Below are positions 37,481 to 49,270 of a DNA stretch of 64,000 nucleotides, in pieces. The position numbers and the translations under genes are program-made. Under the pieces are notes generated by a model. The model was not told where the DNA came from, made no database searches, and saw nothing but the letters and a program-made list of their open reading frames with translations. Source of the stretch: Camelus dromedarius (taxonomy: Eukaryota); NCBI RefSeq assembly GCF_036321535.1, contig NC_087437.1, positions 102,550,001-102,614,000 of the forward strand. The letters run 5' to 3'. Position 1 is the stretch's first letter. Each line of letters begins with the position of its first letter.

Positions 37481-38709
37481 ACTTTGGACTCCTTATGTTA
37501 GGGACAAGAAAAAAAGTAGTGAAGTCATCATTTTGGCAGTGTTAACCATCCCTGATCATCATGAACAGGTAAGAATAAGTGAAGAAGATGTGTGAAGACC
37601 AGATAATCCAGCTAGGCGCCTCTTGGTAATTCCTTGTCCAACTGTGACTGTAAAAAGACAAACACAGCAACCTGACTTGAGAGGTTATGTTGATCAGGAG
37701 GTCAGGTTCTCCAGGCGAGGGTCTGGTCCTAATCACGAAGTCATCCTGGAGGCCAGCAGAGGTGCTAGCTGGGGATGAAGGTGGAAGAGACTGAATGGCA
37801 GAGGGAAGAGTCTGAGTATCAGTGGGGCCCTGAGAATTGCTACAGCATCGGGGATGCAGTTCATCCAACTGACTCCTTTCTTCTAAGTTTCCCTTCAGGT
37901 AGAGAGCCCTGTGGGTTCATGGAGAAGCTGATCACTGAAAGTGTATGGACAGGCAGATCCAAAAGGTACAAGGGGGTGTACTGTGGTGGTCACAGATATG
38001 CTCCATCCAGATTCCCCTTCTAGAAATCTCTTGCTGCTCAGCTGCAGGGAGTGCAGTCAGCGGACAACTGTAGCTGTTACCTCCTTTGTGTCTTGTCTCA
38101 GCTACAAAGAATTGCCTTCCTGGAAGTCACATGCTACTCAGGACAGCCCATATCCAGTGACTGAGAGAAGTGGGAATATAAAGTCCTGATAGAGAGCAAG
38201 TGATATCTGGTGACTGGTATTTGCTTCAGAGCTCCAAGTTCTATTGGTTAAAACATTGACAGGCTTGCATTGCATGGGCAACTGCTCTGTAGAGAGAAAA
38301 GTGAGGCAAATGTGAAGACAGATGCTTAAAGGATAGGTAGAGTGACCACCATGTTTCAGACTCCCAAATTTTTTACATTGTTGGGAAGAGTTCCTTTTGA
38401 GGACTTACAACCCTTGAATTTCCTGGCACAGCCTGGATCCTTTCATAAAATCTCTCCTATGTTTTTTTCCCCTCCTTGATCTTGGTAGAAATAGATTTCT
38501 ATTTTTTACAACCCAAAGTTCTTTGACTTAGGCAAGCTACCTATGTTCTCCTTACTAAGTTATGTTCTTTTTTCATAAAGGCTACTTCTGTCCATGAAAA
38601 AGATATTCATAATTTTCTTTGGGTTTCTGCAGTAGATAATTTTCAGATATTTGCTTTTCTCTTGCATCTTCATGGTAATATTTCCTTTGCTTCACTTTAT
38701 GTAAAATTT

Positions 38710-38760
38710 TACTCCTGAAACTAACACAACATTGTAAACCAAATATACTTCAATAAAAAG
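38710..38760 (+). mobile_element. Minimal L1 3'-end insertion
   Basis: CCTGAAACTAACACAACATTGTAAACCAAATATACTTCAATAAAAA. Confidence 0.75.
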
Positions 38761-39864
38761 AATTTCATAAGAACCTTTGCTTTTTTCCTTTAATTTCTTT
38801 ATTAGAGATTGGGTAGAAAGAAATTTATTCAGATCCATTATTTTTTATAATCAAGGTGCAGGAATGTCCCTTACTTGGACACACTTTTTCCATAAGCACT
38901 GGCTATATTCTTCCTCATACTGAGACATGAAGGTTGGTTTGTAGAATGCAGTGTTGTGTCCTATTCCCATAAGCCAACTGCATCCATAGAACACAGGGTT
39001 TCTATACTGAGCTCCAATTAAGACCACTGCTTGGTTTTCTGATAATCTAATACAAAGGACAACAGAACGCTGAGAATGCACTATTTCCAGGAATATTCTC
39101 ATACCCACCCTGCTGAAAGTGCTCTATTTGGGATGAAAATGCTTCTAGATGGCTACACTGTATACTTCTGCACCACTTTCCGTCTTTCTGACTCGCTGCT
39201 GCATTGATTTCTTAGAATTGTAATCCCCAAATGGCTATAAAACTATGGGCAGGAGTACAAAAACCTCTTCAAAATGTATCAGCTGTCCAGCATAATGGTA
39301 ACTATCCAGTTTTCCAGTTAGTAGAGATATGGGTCTCTGGGTCAGACTTTACAGTTAGAAATAAATGACGTTTCTATGTTTCTGTTGATGAGAGAACGCT
39401 ATTTCTTGAGTAAAGAATAAGTCAGTCGATAACTACTTTTCTCAATCAGGTTCAATTATCCCTGTAGTTAGTGGAAATACTTCCAAACCTTCACATCAGC
39501 TATCTCAGTGTTTCCACTCTGGTGATTTTGTATTTTATTTCATTGCATTTCATTCATCCATTCATTTGCTTATTTACTTATTTATTTATTTTTCAGCTAG
39601 CTTCTGGTCTGAGCCAATTTTGAAGTCATAAATTACCTTGTATTTGTTTAACCCATACTGGACTTTCTCTTCCATTCTCCCCACTCTCGATCATGCACTA
39701 TCAATCATTGCAACAGCCTCCATACTCACTTCTTTGCTTGTGTCATTTATTAAGCTACTGTGTCTTTGCTTCAGACTTTGCCTTCCACATTCATGCTTAT
39801 TATGCTAAGGCTGGTGCTCTGCAAACCGTCTTACTCAATTGGCTAGCTGGCACCTGTGACTTAC

Positions 39865-40485
39865 GAAGCAACATGGATGAATTTTAATTACGATATGTTG
39901 ATTGAAGAAGAAGCCAGACCGAAAAATACATGCATACTGTATCTTCCCATTTATATGAAATGCTAAAGCCAGGCAAAATAAATTTAAAGTGACAGAAATC
40001 AGAATGGCTTTTGTCTGTGGTGTGTGTGGACTGGAAGACAGCACACAAAATTTCCTTAGATGATTGTATCTCTATTGAGATGTTGATTACATGTGTCAAA
40101 ACTTATCAAATTGTACACTTAATATTTGTACACTTGTACATTCAACTGTGTGTAGGCTTTAACTCAATTTAAAAATATATTATCCAGAGCTAAGAAAAAA
40201 GCTAAATCACAGTGAACAAAGAAACTCAAAAGCTGAAGCCAAAAATAGAGCAAAACACCAACATGAAAAATGAACCTATTTTAGTTTTTAGAATTCAAAA
40301 GAGTGGTTACATTTCAAACAGGCAGATACGGACATAAATGGAACATGATGGAAACTTCTGGAATGCTGGGAATATTTGTATTCTTGATATGGGTTCTGGT
40401 TCCACGGATATGTTCAGTTTGCAAAAGCTAACTGAGCTGCACATATATGTATAACATATCTGTATACAAATACTTCAATAAAATA
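39865..40485 (+). mobile_element. Two old L1M 3'-end fragments in tandem
   Basis: AACATGGATGAAT...CCATTTATATGAAATG...GTCAAAACTTATCAAATTGTACACTT, then a second GGAAACTTCTGGAATGCTGG...TACTTCAATAAAA. Confidence 0.75.
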
Positions 40486-41268
40486 TTCAAAATGGCCTGC
40501 AAGGATTTTTCAAATGGTCAGTGACTCAGCTCTGAAATATTTCTTGAGAGAATTATTATAACTAAGACAGAACACAGTCCTTCACAGATTTGATGATTAT
40601 CATCAAAGAGATAAAAGAAAAGAAAAAAGAAAAAGTACAGCAGAGGAGAAAGGAAAGGGGTGATGGTGAACCAGATGAAACAAGAGCCACTTTGTAAGCG
40701 TCTTAAGTAAAGTTTTGAGTGTTAAGGAGTAGTGGAGTTTGTCCCATGAGTCATGTGATGTGAGCAATACATTTCAGCTCTGCCCTCCTGGCTGACAGCT
40801 GTTCTCAGGATAAGAAAGTGAGAAATTAGAATGATTTCTACTCGAAGAAAACAGATGGTTACTTAAGTGTGTTAATTTCTGCCATTTAAGATTAAAAGCA
40901 GAAAGAAATACACTTTGTACATACTCTTTATTTTTAGACTTTTATTGAAACTGTTTGCCTATTAGCTGCATTGTTCATTGCCATTTCCAGTTGTCTGTAA
41001 CGTTGCCAATTTTAAAATGAGAAATAAATATTATGGTCACTGAAACTGTTTCTTGTTTGATGTACCTGTATGTACTCTCGGTTCTATATATATATATATA
41101 CATCTTTTGTTATATGTTTATTTTCCAATTTTACACATCTGTCTATATGCGTTTTCTCTCCATATACACAAATAGATGCACTGTTAAACTATTATTGGCA
41201 TAAATATTAATAATTGCGAATCTGCCATAAAACCACAGTCATCCAATTTTCTACATGACAGAAATGCT

Positions 41269-41306
41269 TTTATACCAGTGTAGTAACTGAGCTACACTGG
41301 TATAAA
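41269..41306. repeat. Perfect inverted repeat: 15-bp arms, 8-nt loop
   Basis: TTTATACCAGTGTAG-taactgag-CTACACTGGTATAAA. Confidence 0.95.
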
Positions 41307-42258
41307 GCGGGAAGCACTTAGGTTATTACAAAGGTGTTTTAGCGATTTAGCAATATTTTTTATGACCTTTACAGAAGAGAAACCAAAAATGTTGAGTCTG
41401 TTATTCTACTATAAATCTGTCAGCCTAACTTCTTAGATGCCTATTCTAATCCCTTCCTTAGAAGCATTTCTAAATTGTACACTGTTCCAAAAGACTCCGG
41501 CGGGGGTAGGTCCTTATTGGACCAGGTTCCTTTCATTTCTAAAAAAAAAAAAATTAAAAAAGTTGAAATTCTCTCTTCTGGTGTGTCTAATAAAATGGGA
41601 GATATTTCAGAGAGGGGCCTATTTAAATGAGACACAGGAGGGGTCATGCCATACATTTCAATATTGGGTCCCCTCCTTCTCATGTTAACTGAGTAGTGGT
41701 GGCAGAGGGAAGTCACTGAGAGGAAAGTTGTAGGTCTATCTTCTGGTTGAGCCAGAGAGACGAGAGCTGCTTCTGGGAAGGATGGTAAGTCTGAGAGAGA
41801 TTTAAAAATCGTCTAATGTCAAAGTGATGCCCTTCATTCTCATCCACAAGTAGAGATGACTCCCTGATCTGCACAGAATGATGGCTCCAGCTCTGGCTTT
41901 GTTAAGCATGATCTGTTGAGAGTTCTGTTTAGGCTGGCTTCTGTGTCCAGTCACACTGCAAAGAACCAAGGAAATGAAGCCAGCACAGAGAGGAGAGAAT
42001 GCAGTAAACTACATCAATGTTACCTTATCTATGGAATTTGAAAGGGAGCAAGGACAACACAGCTGCTGTAGGTGTCCCAGTGTTACAACAAAACAGAGGC
42101 TCTCATTTTAATTCGGGAAATAATAGATTGTTTCTTGGTCTTAAAAATATGAGATGTTTTCAGTAATTTTCTGTTGTATTATCCCTGAATACGGAGGCAT
42201 AGTTAGGATAGTGATCTATCAATTAAATACATTTAACAGTATATATACATATATAAAG

Positions 42259-42312
42259 TATATACAGGTATATACACTTAGGATATATATACAGGTATAT
42301 ACACTTAGGATA
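42259..42312. repeat. 27-bp tandem duplication within a TA/CA/GA microsatellite
   Basis: TATATACAGGTATATACACTTAGGATA occurs twice. Confidence 0.9.
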
Positions 42313-42849
42313 TATATATATACACACACACATACATACATGTAGAGAGAGAGAGAGGATGTGTATGTACTTAGCTTGAATTGAAGACAGAAGCTTCCAT
42401 TTACATGATTACAGATATCTATGTGCCTAAATATTTATCTGGCTGGATATGTAATAGATACTTCTATTTTTTTTAACGTAATGATTAAATCTAGATAACC
42501 TTTAGCAAGAACAAAAGCTAGAGGCAATACAAAGATCTCACTTTTTAGTGTAAAGACTTGAGACTCCATTAGCCAAGAAAATGTCAACTCTTCATTTTAT
42601 TTGGAATAGCAACATCAATCATTATATGAAAGTTTGCATGAAAATAGTTTAGGTTAATTTGTCTCTGAAACAGAATGTTTTCTATATTACAACATTACAT
42701 TTGAAGTCAAATATCTGTGCCTACCTTAGTCACTTTTATAAGCTCTATTACATGCCATGGAAAACAATAGAAGAGATATAGAAAATGGGTTTTTCTCAAA
42801 ATTACTTTTTATGAGAAAAGGATATTAATAGCTAATAGTTGAAAATAGC

Positions 42850-43075
42850 TGACATTTATTCATTAGCTAATATGTACTATGTAGTTTTCTAAGGGATTTA
42901 TATTTAATAATTCATTAAATCTACGTTACATAGTACAAGTACATTACTACTACGTTACAAGTAGCTGAATATATAAACCAGTCATCCGGGTCAGAGAGAG
43001 GTAAAGTAACTTACTTGAGTTCATAGCTTCCTCAAGTTCTGAACTTGAGGAAGGTTCAAATCCCTGTCATCCCAG
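42850..43075 (-). mobile_element. MIR containing a palindrome
   Basis: AATAGCTGACATTTATT...TCAGAGAGAGGTAAAGTAACTTAC...GGTTCAAATCCC. Confidence 0.7.
43027..43053. repeat. Palindrome: 13-bp arms, 1-nt spacer
   Basis: CTTCCTCAAGTTC-t-GAACTTGAGGAAG. Confidence 0.95.
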
Positions 43076-45318
43076 TTAAATTAATCATATGCTTTATCTT
43101 GTGCTATAAATTTTCTTTACTTTTCTTATAACTGAGCATGTATTCCTAGATTTATAGATTTAAATCTATATTAGGCTAACTTCCTGAATTTTCACTTAAT
43201 GTGATACTAAGTTACCAAAAGAGAAGTTTTAAAAAATTTGGGGGTAATTTTGTTACTTCTTAAGTTAAAACATTAAAAAATATATAAAATGGGTAGAAAT
43301 AAACTTGTAATTCAAGTGACCTCACTACTATGGATATGGATAACAACTTTTTTCTTTTAATCTTCAAGATAAGTACTTTGAAGGAAAAGAAGAAGTGATA
43401 AATGTCTTATTGTTTAAACCCTGAGAAATGCAAATGCAATGATAACATAGTGTGCAAAAAGTATCCAACTTTTCCTCTGCTTTCGGTGGCTGGAGATGCA
43501 TTGACTGAGAGAGAAAAATTTGCCCATTCTAGTCTCTGACGCTATCCTGTGACTTTAGAGCTATTCCTTGTGTAGATCATGCTTTTAAGAAACTTTGTAA
43601 GATATATATATAGCATTAAGCCTGAAAATAATATGTACAGTGTAAACACTCATATGATTTGCATGCCCCCAAAATAATAACTACAAAGAAACATCAAGAT
43701 GAGTTGTGATCTTAGTTATCCTCCCTGGTAACTAATTCTAGAAAGGATATGTAAGGTTGTTAGACCTTTAATCTCACCGTGTGCTACCAGGTGCTTGAAG
43801 TTTCAATAAATTTCAAGTGATATATGAGACCAGAGAGGAGACACCGATAAGTGATGTTCAACTCTCAATTCTTAATGGGGATTTTGTTCTTCTTTGGATC
43901 TTATAAATAGCATTTCCTTCTCACTCTTCCCTCCGTGATGGCTCTAAATCCTTTGACAGACCCTCTACCCATCACTCTTGTCATACTTAGCACTGAATAG
44001 CTCTATGCTGCCAAGGAAGAAAGAAACCAAATGTTTTAGTGGAATCGACTTAAAGGTATATGTCAAAATAGTTATGTACAAGAACAAGATTTGTTAAAGT
44101 TATTGTCAAATTTCTGCCCCTGAAAATGTACAATTAGCCACATGGGAATATGGCTAAAGTCATTCTTCAAACTACTTTGACTCATTACCCCATAGTGCTC
44201 TCTCTCCTCTTTCTCTCTCTCTCTCCCTTTCTCTCTCTCTCTGACTCTCTCTCCTGTGATAGAAAAACATGCCATAATTTGGATGTGATGCACCATTTAT
44301 CTTTGCATGGGAAGTGACTGATCATTCAACATTGACATTGCCCCAAGTGAAGTCTATAATTTCTTTAGGAAAAAATTACAAGTATTGCAGGAACACAATG
44401 TATCACCAACCTTCATTCTTACTTGAAAAAAATCAAGCATGCAATTCCACCAGAAAATGATGGAAGGGAAACCCATGTTTTTCCTATTGAGGGACAGTAA
44501 TATTACTGTTATTAACTTGTTTTTAATTTATCTAGTTGATAGGAAAATAATCAACATTTTCCACAATGAAGTAATTGAGTTTCCTGCACACACAGGTACC
44601 AAACTCACTGTTTCTGAATGTTTTACTTCTTGAATATCTAATAATTAGCTCAAGTTAAAATACAGAGACCGTGCAATGTTGTTCAGCCTTCCCTGATGGT
44701 TATGAATTATTCATTCAGCCAAATTTGTCTCCAAACCAAGAAAGTTGTCCTCACCAAACTTGCCATCAGCTACCCTATAATATTTCTCATCATCTTTCAC
44801 TTGAACTATCTCATAATTTTTCTTTCTCTGTTTGACCCCCTTAAATAAATTTCCATAGTGTCTCAGGAATGATATTTCTAAAGGAAAGTGTGGCCGCACC
44901 ATAACCCCGACTCAAATTCCTCACCGTCGCTCTGGCACACATTGTGGTGGTTCTCAAATGGAAAAGTTTACTGGAGAAAAATGTTAACGCATTTATTCCC
45001 AATCCACCCTACTCCTTTCCCCACTGTTATATGGCATGGTGTTAAAAGTTATTCCTTTCAAAATTCTCCTAGGTGATTCTACTTCAAATGTCATCACTTT
45101 TTACCTATCTTTCTTCACCCTGATGGATTGGCCAAAATCCAACCTGCTTGAAGTGACAAAACAAATAAAACATGTCCTGTTCTGCCTTTCCTGGGAAACT
45201 CTTAAATCTCATTACTTCTTATACCTCCACAATACTCTCCATAAATAGCCAATTGTTTTTAGATCCCTCTGCAAAATATATTTATCTACTATTTATATAC
45301 TAATGTCTTTGCCTAAAA

Positions 45319-45508
45319 CAGGGGTCAGTATTTTACCTGTGTTTGTAGTTTTATTGGAACGTAGCCAGACCCGTTCCTTACATATTGTCTGTGCCTTCAC
45401 ACTATGATGGCAGAGTTGAGTAGCTGAAATAAAATCTCTATGACCTTCATATCCTGAGCTATTTACTATCTGGCCCTTTCCTTTACAGAAAACATCAGCC
45501 AATCCCTG
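45319..45508. mobile_element. MER58A-like hAT-Charlie element
   Basis: CAGGGGTCAG...CCAATCCCTG termini, TTTACTATCTGGCCCTTT motif, 8-bp TSD (G/A)CCTAAAA as expected for hAT elements. Confidence 0.85.
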
Positions 45509-45695
45509 ACCTAAAATCTCCTCTTACTTTTTCAACTGTCTCATCTCTACTTATATTCAAGATTCAGATGTACAATAGTTTTACAAGAAATATCAGTTAT
45601 GTGCATGCTGCATGCTGAAACTGGGTTACCATGGCTGGTCTGAGCAAACCTTTCTTCTGAACAACCATAATCCTGTCTGTTCTATCGAAGTTTTC

Positions 45696-45771
45696 CAAGC
45701 CAGAAAAAGAAAGAAAAGTGCCATATGACCTCGTTTATATGTGGAATCTAAAAAAAAGGACACAAACGAAT
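45696..45771 (+). mobile_element. Short L1 3' UTR fragment
   Basis: AAGCCAGAAAAAGAAAG...TATATGTGGAATCTAAAAAAAAGGACACAAACGAA, homologous to 48379-48452. Confidence 0.75.
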
Positions 45772-46089
45772 TACATATTATTTATAACTTAGATGATTAA
45801 TCTCTTGAATATGTGTAAGCACATTTGATTGTCCTTTCTGATTGGATTACTGCATTCTGTTGATTCTTTTTTTGTGGTTGGCTTTATTCCTTTGATACGT
45901 AAGTTTAAAAAGCTAAAGCGCTAAACTCTTCTTAGAAACAATGAACATTACTGTTATGTAATTTTTTTAAAAAGTATGTGCAGTATATTGTATATATGTA
46001 TTTACATGCAATACATTGTATATGTGCAGTCAAAATATATGAATTTTACCTATAAAACCTGAAAAATAAAGAAAAAAAGTTTTGTATAG

Positions 46090-46450
46090 ATTTGCCTGTC
46101 TTATTCACTCTACTTTGTAAGAGACACTTCCCCTTTCAAATTCTGTATCACCAAGTGCCTAGAACACAGCAAGCAGGCAATATTGTTGGGAGACTTGAAA
46201 TGAATTAATATGTGCAAGAAACTGTGCTGGGAAGTGGGGATACCAAGATAACGAAGGTACTGTAACTGCGATCTAAGAGCTGACAGGGTAATAGGAACAA
46301 TGTGGTGACTATTAATTATTAATCAGAGTACAACATGATAATGATGCTAGTTGTGATAATGAGCAAAGAGAGACGGGGATTCATAAAGACAAAAAACTCA
46401 GTGCCAGAAAGGAAGTATGTCAGGGAAGATGGTATCATTTGAAGAGATTT
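46090..46450. mobile_element. L2 fragments in both orientations
   Basis: CTGTATCACCAAGTGCCTAGAACA on +, followed by TATGTGCAAGAAACTGTGCTGGG...AAGAGCTGACAG on -. Confidence 0.55.
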
Positions 46451-48171
46451 AAAAATAAGAGAATTTGAGCACCAACCATGTGTCAAGTGTGTTTAGCTAG
46501 GATGGAATCAATGATCCAATTTTCCTACATGACTAAAACTCTAAAAAAATAAATCCTGTGACTAAGCCACAAAATTAGGAAATAAATGAGTATTGAGTTT
46601 TATCACTTCTGAAGCTCCAGGCTCTTTTTAGAGATGAGACTGAGCCCCCTGCTCCTCTTCCCAAGGTGGTGGTTAAAACCCGGACGAAAATACCCATCCA
46701 AACCCTTGACTCAGAGTCCACCTCCTGCCCTCCCCGCAGAGCTATGCGCGCTTGTACTTGGGATTTGGAGCGGATAAGAAAACGTGGTCGGCTCTTCACC
46801 AGGCTTGTAACTAACTCCAGACACCTTGAATGCAAGATGAGGACAGGATGTAATTCTAGAAAAACCTCTCCTCTCTTAGTTTCTAACATCTAGTTTTCTC
46901 TCTTTTTTAATAATAGCATTTTAAGTATTGTTAATTAGTCTCTTTTCTTGTGTTTTGCTTCTGCATCCAGAGACAACGAGTATGTACAAATCATGTATCT
47001 ATTGTACGTACAAAACTCAAAAAATTTATTTTTCAGTACAAGTTCAACAAATGTATTTAATAACTGAATTATTGGAATATAGGACTGTATTTTGACTATA
47101 TTTGCTGACAAAAGAAATAGAAATATATTATCTGAAAATATCCTTTTTAATAATTTAGGAAAATATATATGTGAAGAATACATTCATAAAATATTTTGAA
47201 ACATGCTTGCATATTTTCTATAAGAAAATATTTGTGAACAATACATCCACTAGGAAAATATTCTTGAATATTTTCTTAAATAAGAAAATTCAGAAAGACT
47301 TCCCAAGATCCTCTACTTCTTCCTCTTAAAGACGGTTAACAACAGCTCAGTTTGATGACAATCCCTCCTCATTCTGATGACTTGGGCTGCTTACACCAAC
47401 ATTTCATGCTTAAGTAATATCACCAGCAAAGAAGCAGGCACCAGGCTCCATGTCATGCATGCCCCACAGACAAGTGATGTGTATCAAGCTCTTCTATGGA
47501 CACCCTCTCTGTAGTCTCCCCAGCTTGGTTAAACTGCTAATTACCCAGTTTATCAAACTTCTCGCCAAGGATCAGGATTTTATTTTCCCTGTTTGTAGAC
47601 ACCTCGGTATCAGTGGGTGATTATCTCAAGATTTGGCTTGGGCATGGGAAAGAAACTATCTCAGAACTGTTTAGACTCTCAGTTTATTTTTTCCTACTGT
47701 CTATGTAGACAAAGAAAGATGAGTGGGAAGCTGGGGTGATGGTTTGAGGGTACCAGATCTAGTGTGATCATTTTTTAATAACTTCTCAGAAGTATTTATG
47801 GCTAATTTTTATAATGATTTGATGGACTTTTCCCTGGAAGATGGAGTATTTAATGTCACTTTCTGTATCCATGAATTTTCATTTCCAAATCTAAGGCAAC
47901 TGGAAAAGGTACCAGATTGCATCTCATAGGTGTTAAACACTGAATTATCAGAGGGGAAAGGCCAGCTGGAAATAGAGCATTCAAGTCACAGGAATCACTA
48001 AAGTAAAATATACAGAGACATAAAAGGAAATTGCATGTTGAACAAGACTAAATGCTCAGAATTTTAGAATGCAAGGACAAAAAAGAAGGAAGAAGGGGAA
48101 GAGAGGTTAGTGGGAAATAGATAAGGAAGTGTCTTCCATGCATATTTAAAGTTTTAAAGAAAATCTATGTC

Positions 48172-48765
48172 TTAAGATACATGTACCCCAATGTTCACAG
48201 CAGCACTATTTACAATAGCCAGGATATGAAAACAACTGAAATGTCCATCAACAGATGACTGGATAATGAAGTTTTTGTATATTTATACAAAGTAATACTA
48301 CTCAGCCTTAAAAAAGAATAAAATAATGCCATTTGCTGAAACATGGATGGACCTAGAGATAATCATTCTAAATGAAGTAAGCCAGAAAGAGAAAGAAAAA
48401 TAACATATATTACTCATATGTGGAATCTTAAAAAAAAAAAAAAGACACAAATGTACTTATTTACAAAACAGAGAGAGACTCACAGACATAGAAAACAAAC
48501 ATGGTTACAGGGGAAAGGGAGTGGGAAGGGATAAATTGGGAGTTAAAGATTTACACATACTAACTACTATATATAAAATAGATAAATGAGTTTATACTGT
48601 ATGGCACAGGGAACTATATTCAATAGCTTGTAATAACCTATAGTGAAAAAGAATATGAAAAGTAATACATGTATGTAGATGTATGACTGAAACATTATGC
48701 CGAACACCAGAAACTGACACAACATTGTAAATTGACTATACTTTAATACAAAAGAAAATAAATAA
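48172..48765 (+). mobile_element. 5'-truncated artiodactyl/camelid L1 (ORF2 end and 3' UTR)
   Basis: CCCCAATGTTCACAGCAGCACTATTTACAATAGCC...AACATGGATGGACCTAGAG...ACAACATTGTAAATTGACTATAC followed by an A-rich tail. Confidence 0.92.
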
Positions 48766-49133
48766 ATTTGCTTTATTAAAACATACTTTGATAACAGAAA
48801 TTTTCACAATACATGTCAAAATATTTTTCTTTAAACAGATTCTACCATAAATTGTATCCTTTGTCTTTATCCAGAAGATTCAATGAGCTTCATAAGCATA
48901 AAGGGTAAAATTTAGGTAAAAACATTTTTTCTATTTTTTACAAAATGTTACTTTAAGTGGAAAACATTTTTAACATGATTTTTATATACTTTAAATGTTA
49001 GCACCAGAATTTAAATAAAGGTATTGAGCACAGTTTAGTTTAAAGCTCTGTGGGAAATTCTTGAAAACTAGACCACTGAAACAAATGTCTACTCAAGAAG
49101 ATATTAAAGATGGCTTAACAACAGCAAACTATT

Positions 49134-49270
49134 GTTTGTTTGTTGGGGGAGATAATTAGGTTTGTTTGTTTGTTTGCTTGCTTATTTAAATGGAGGTACT
49201 GGCGATTGAACCCAAGACCTCCTGTATGCTAAGTGCACAATGCCTCACTGAGCTATATACCCTCCCCACC
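49134..49270 (-). mobile_element. tRNA-Ala-derived SINE (camelid Vic-1 type)
   Basis: Homologous to 35483-35625; 17-bp TSD A(A/G)CAACAGCAA(A/G)CTATT at 49117-49133 and 49271-49287. Confidence 0.9.

Larger units (their letters stand above)
34689..38285 (+). mobile_element. Degenerate ERVL (LTR16-type) provirus: 5' LTR about 34689-35117, pol remnant, 3' LTR from 37982
   Basis: Two homologous LTRs starting TGTGGT, with a purine tract before 37982. The internal sequence translates to ERVL pol motifs: HYIDKILLIG (about 35216), FWRQHIP (about 35431), MDTYFGYEFVF (about 36920), DQGVHFSA (about 37041). Confidence 0.85.

Noticed and set aside
46575..46893. Overlapping 104-aa and 75-aa ORFs on opposite strands
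   Set aside because: No recognisable homology or convincing splice pair; elevated GC explains the lack of stops.
47351..47380. TGATGA...CTGA resembling snoRNA C/D boxes
   Set aside because: The boxes are only about 15 nt apart and there is no terminal stem.
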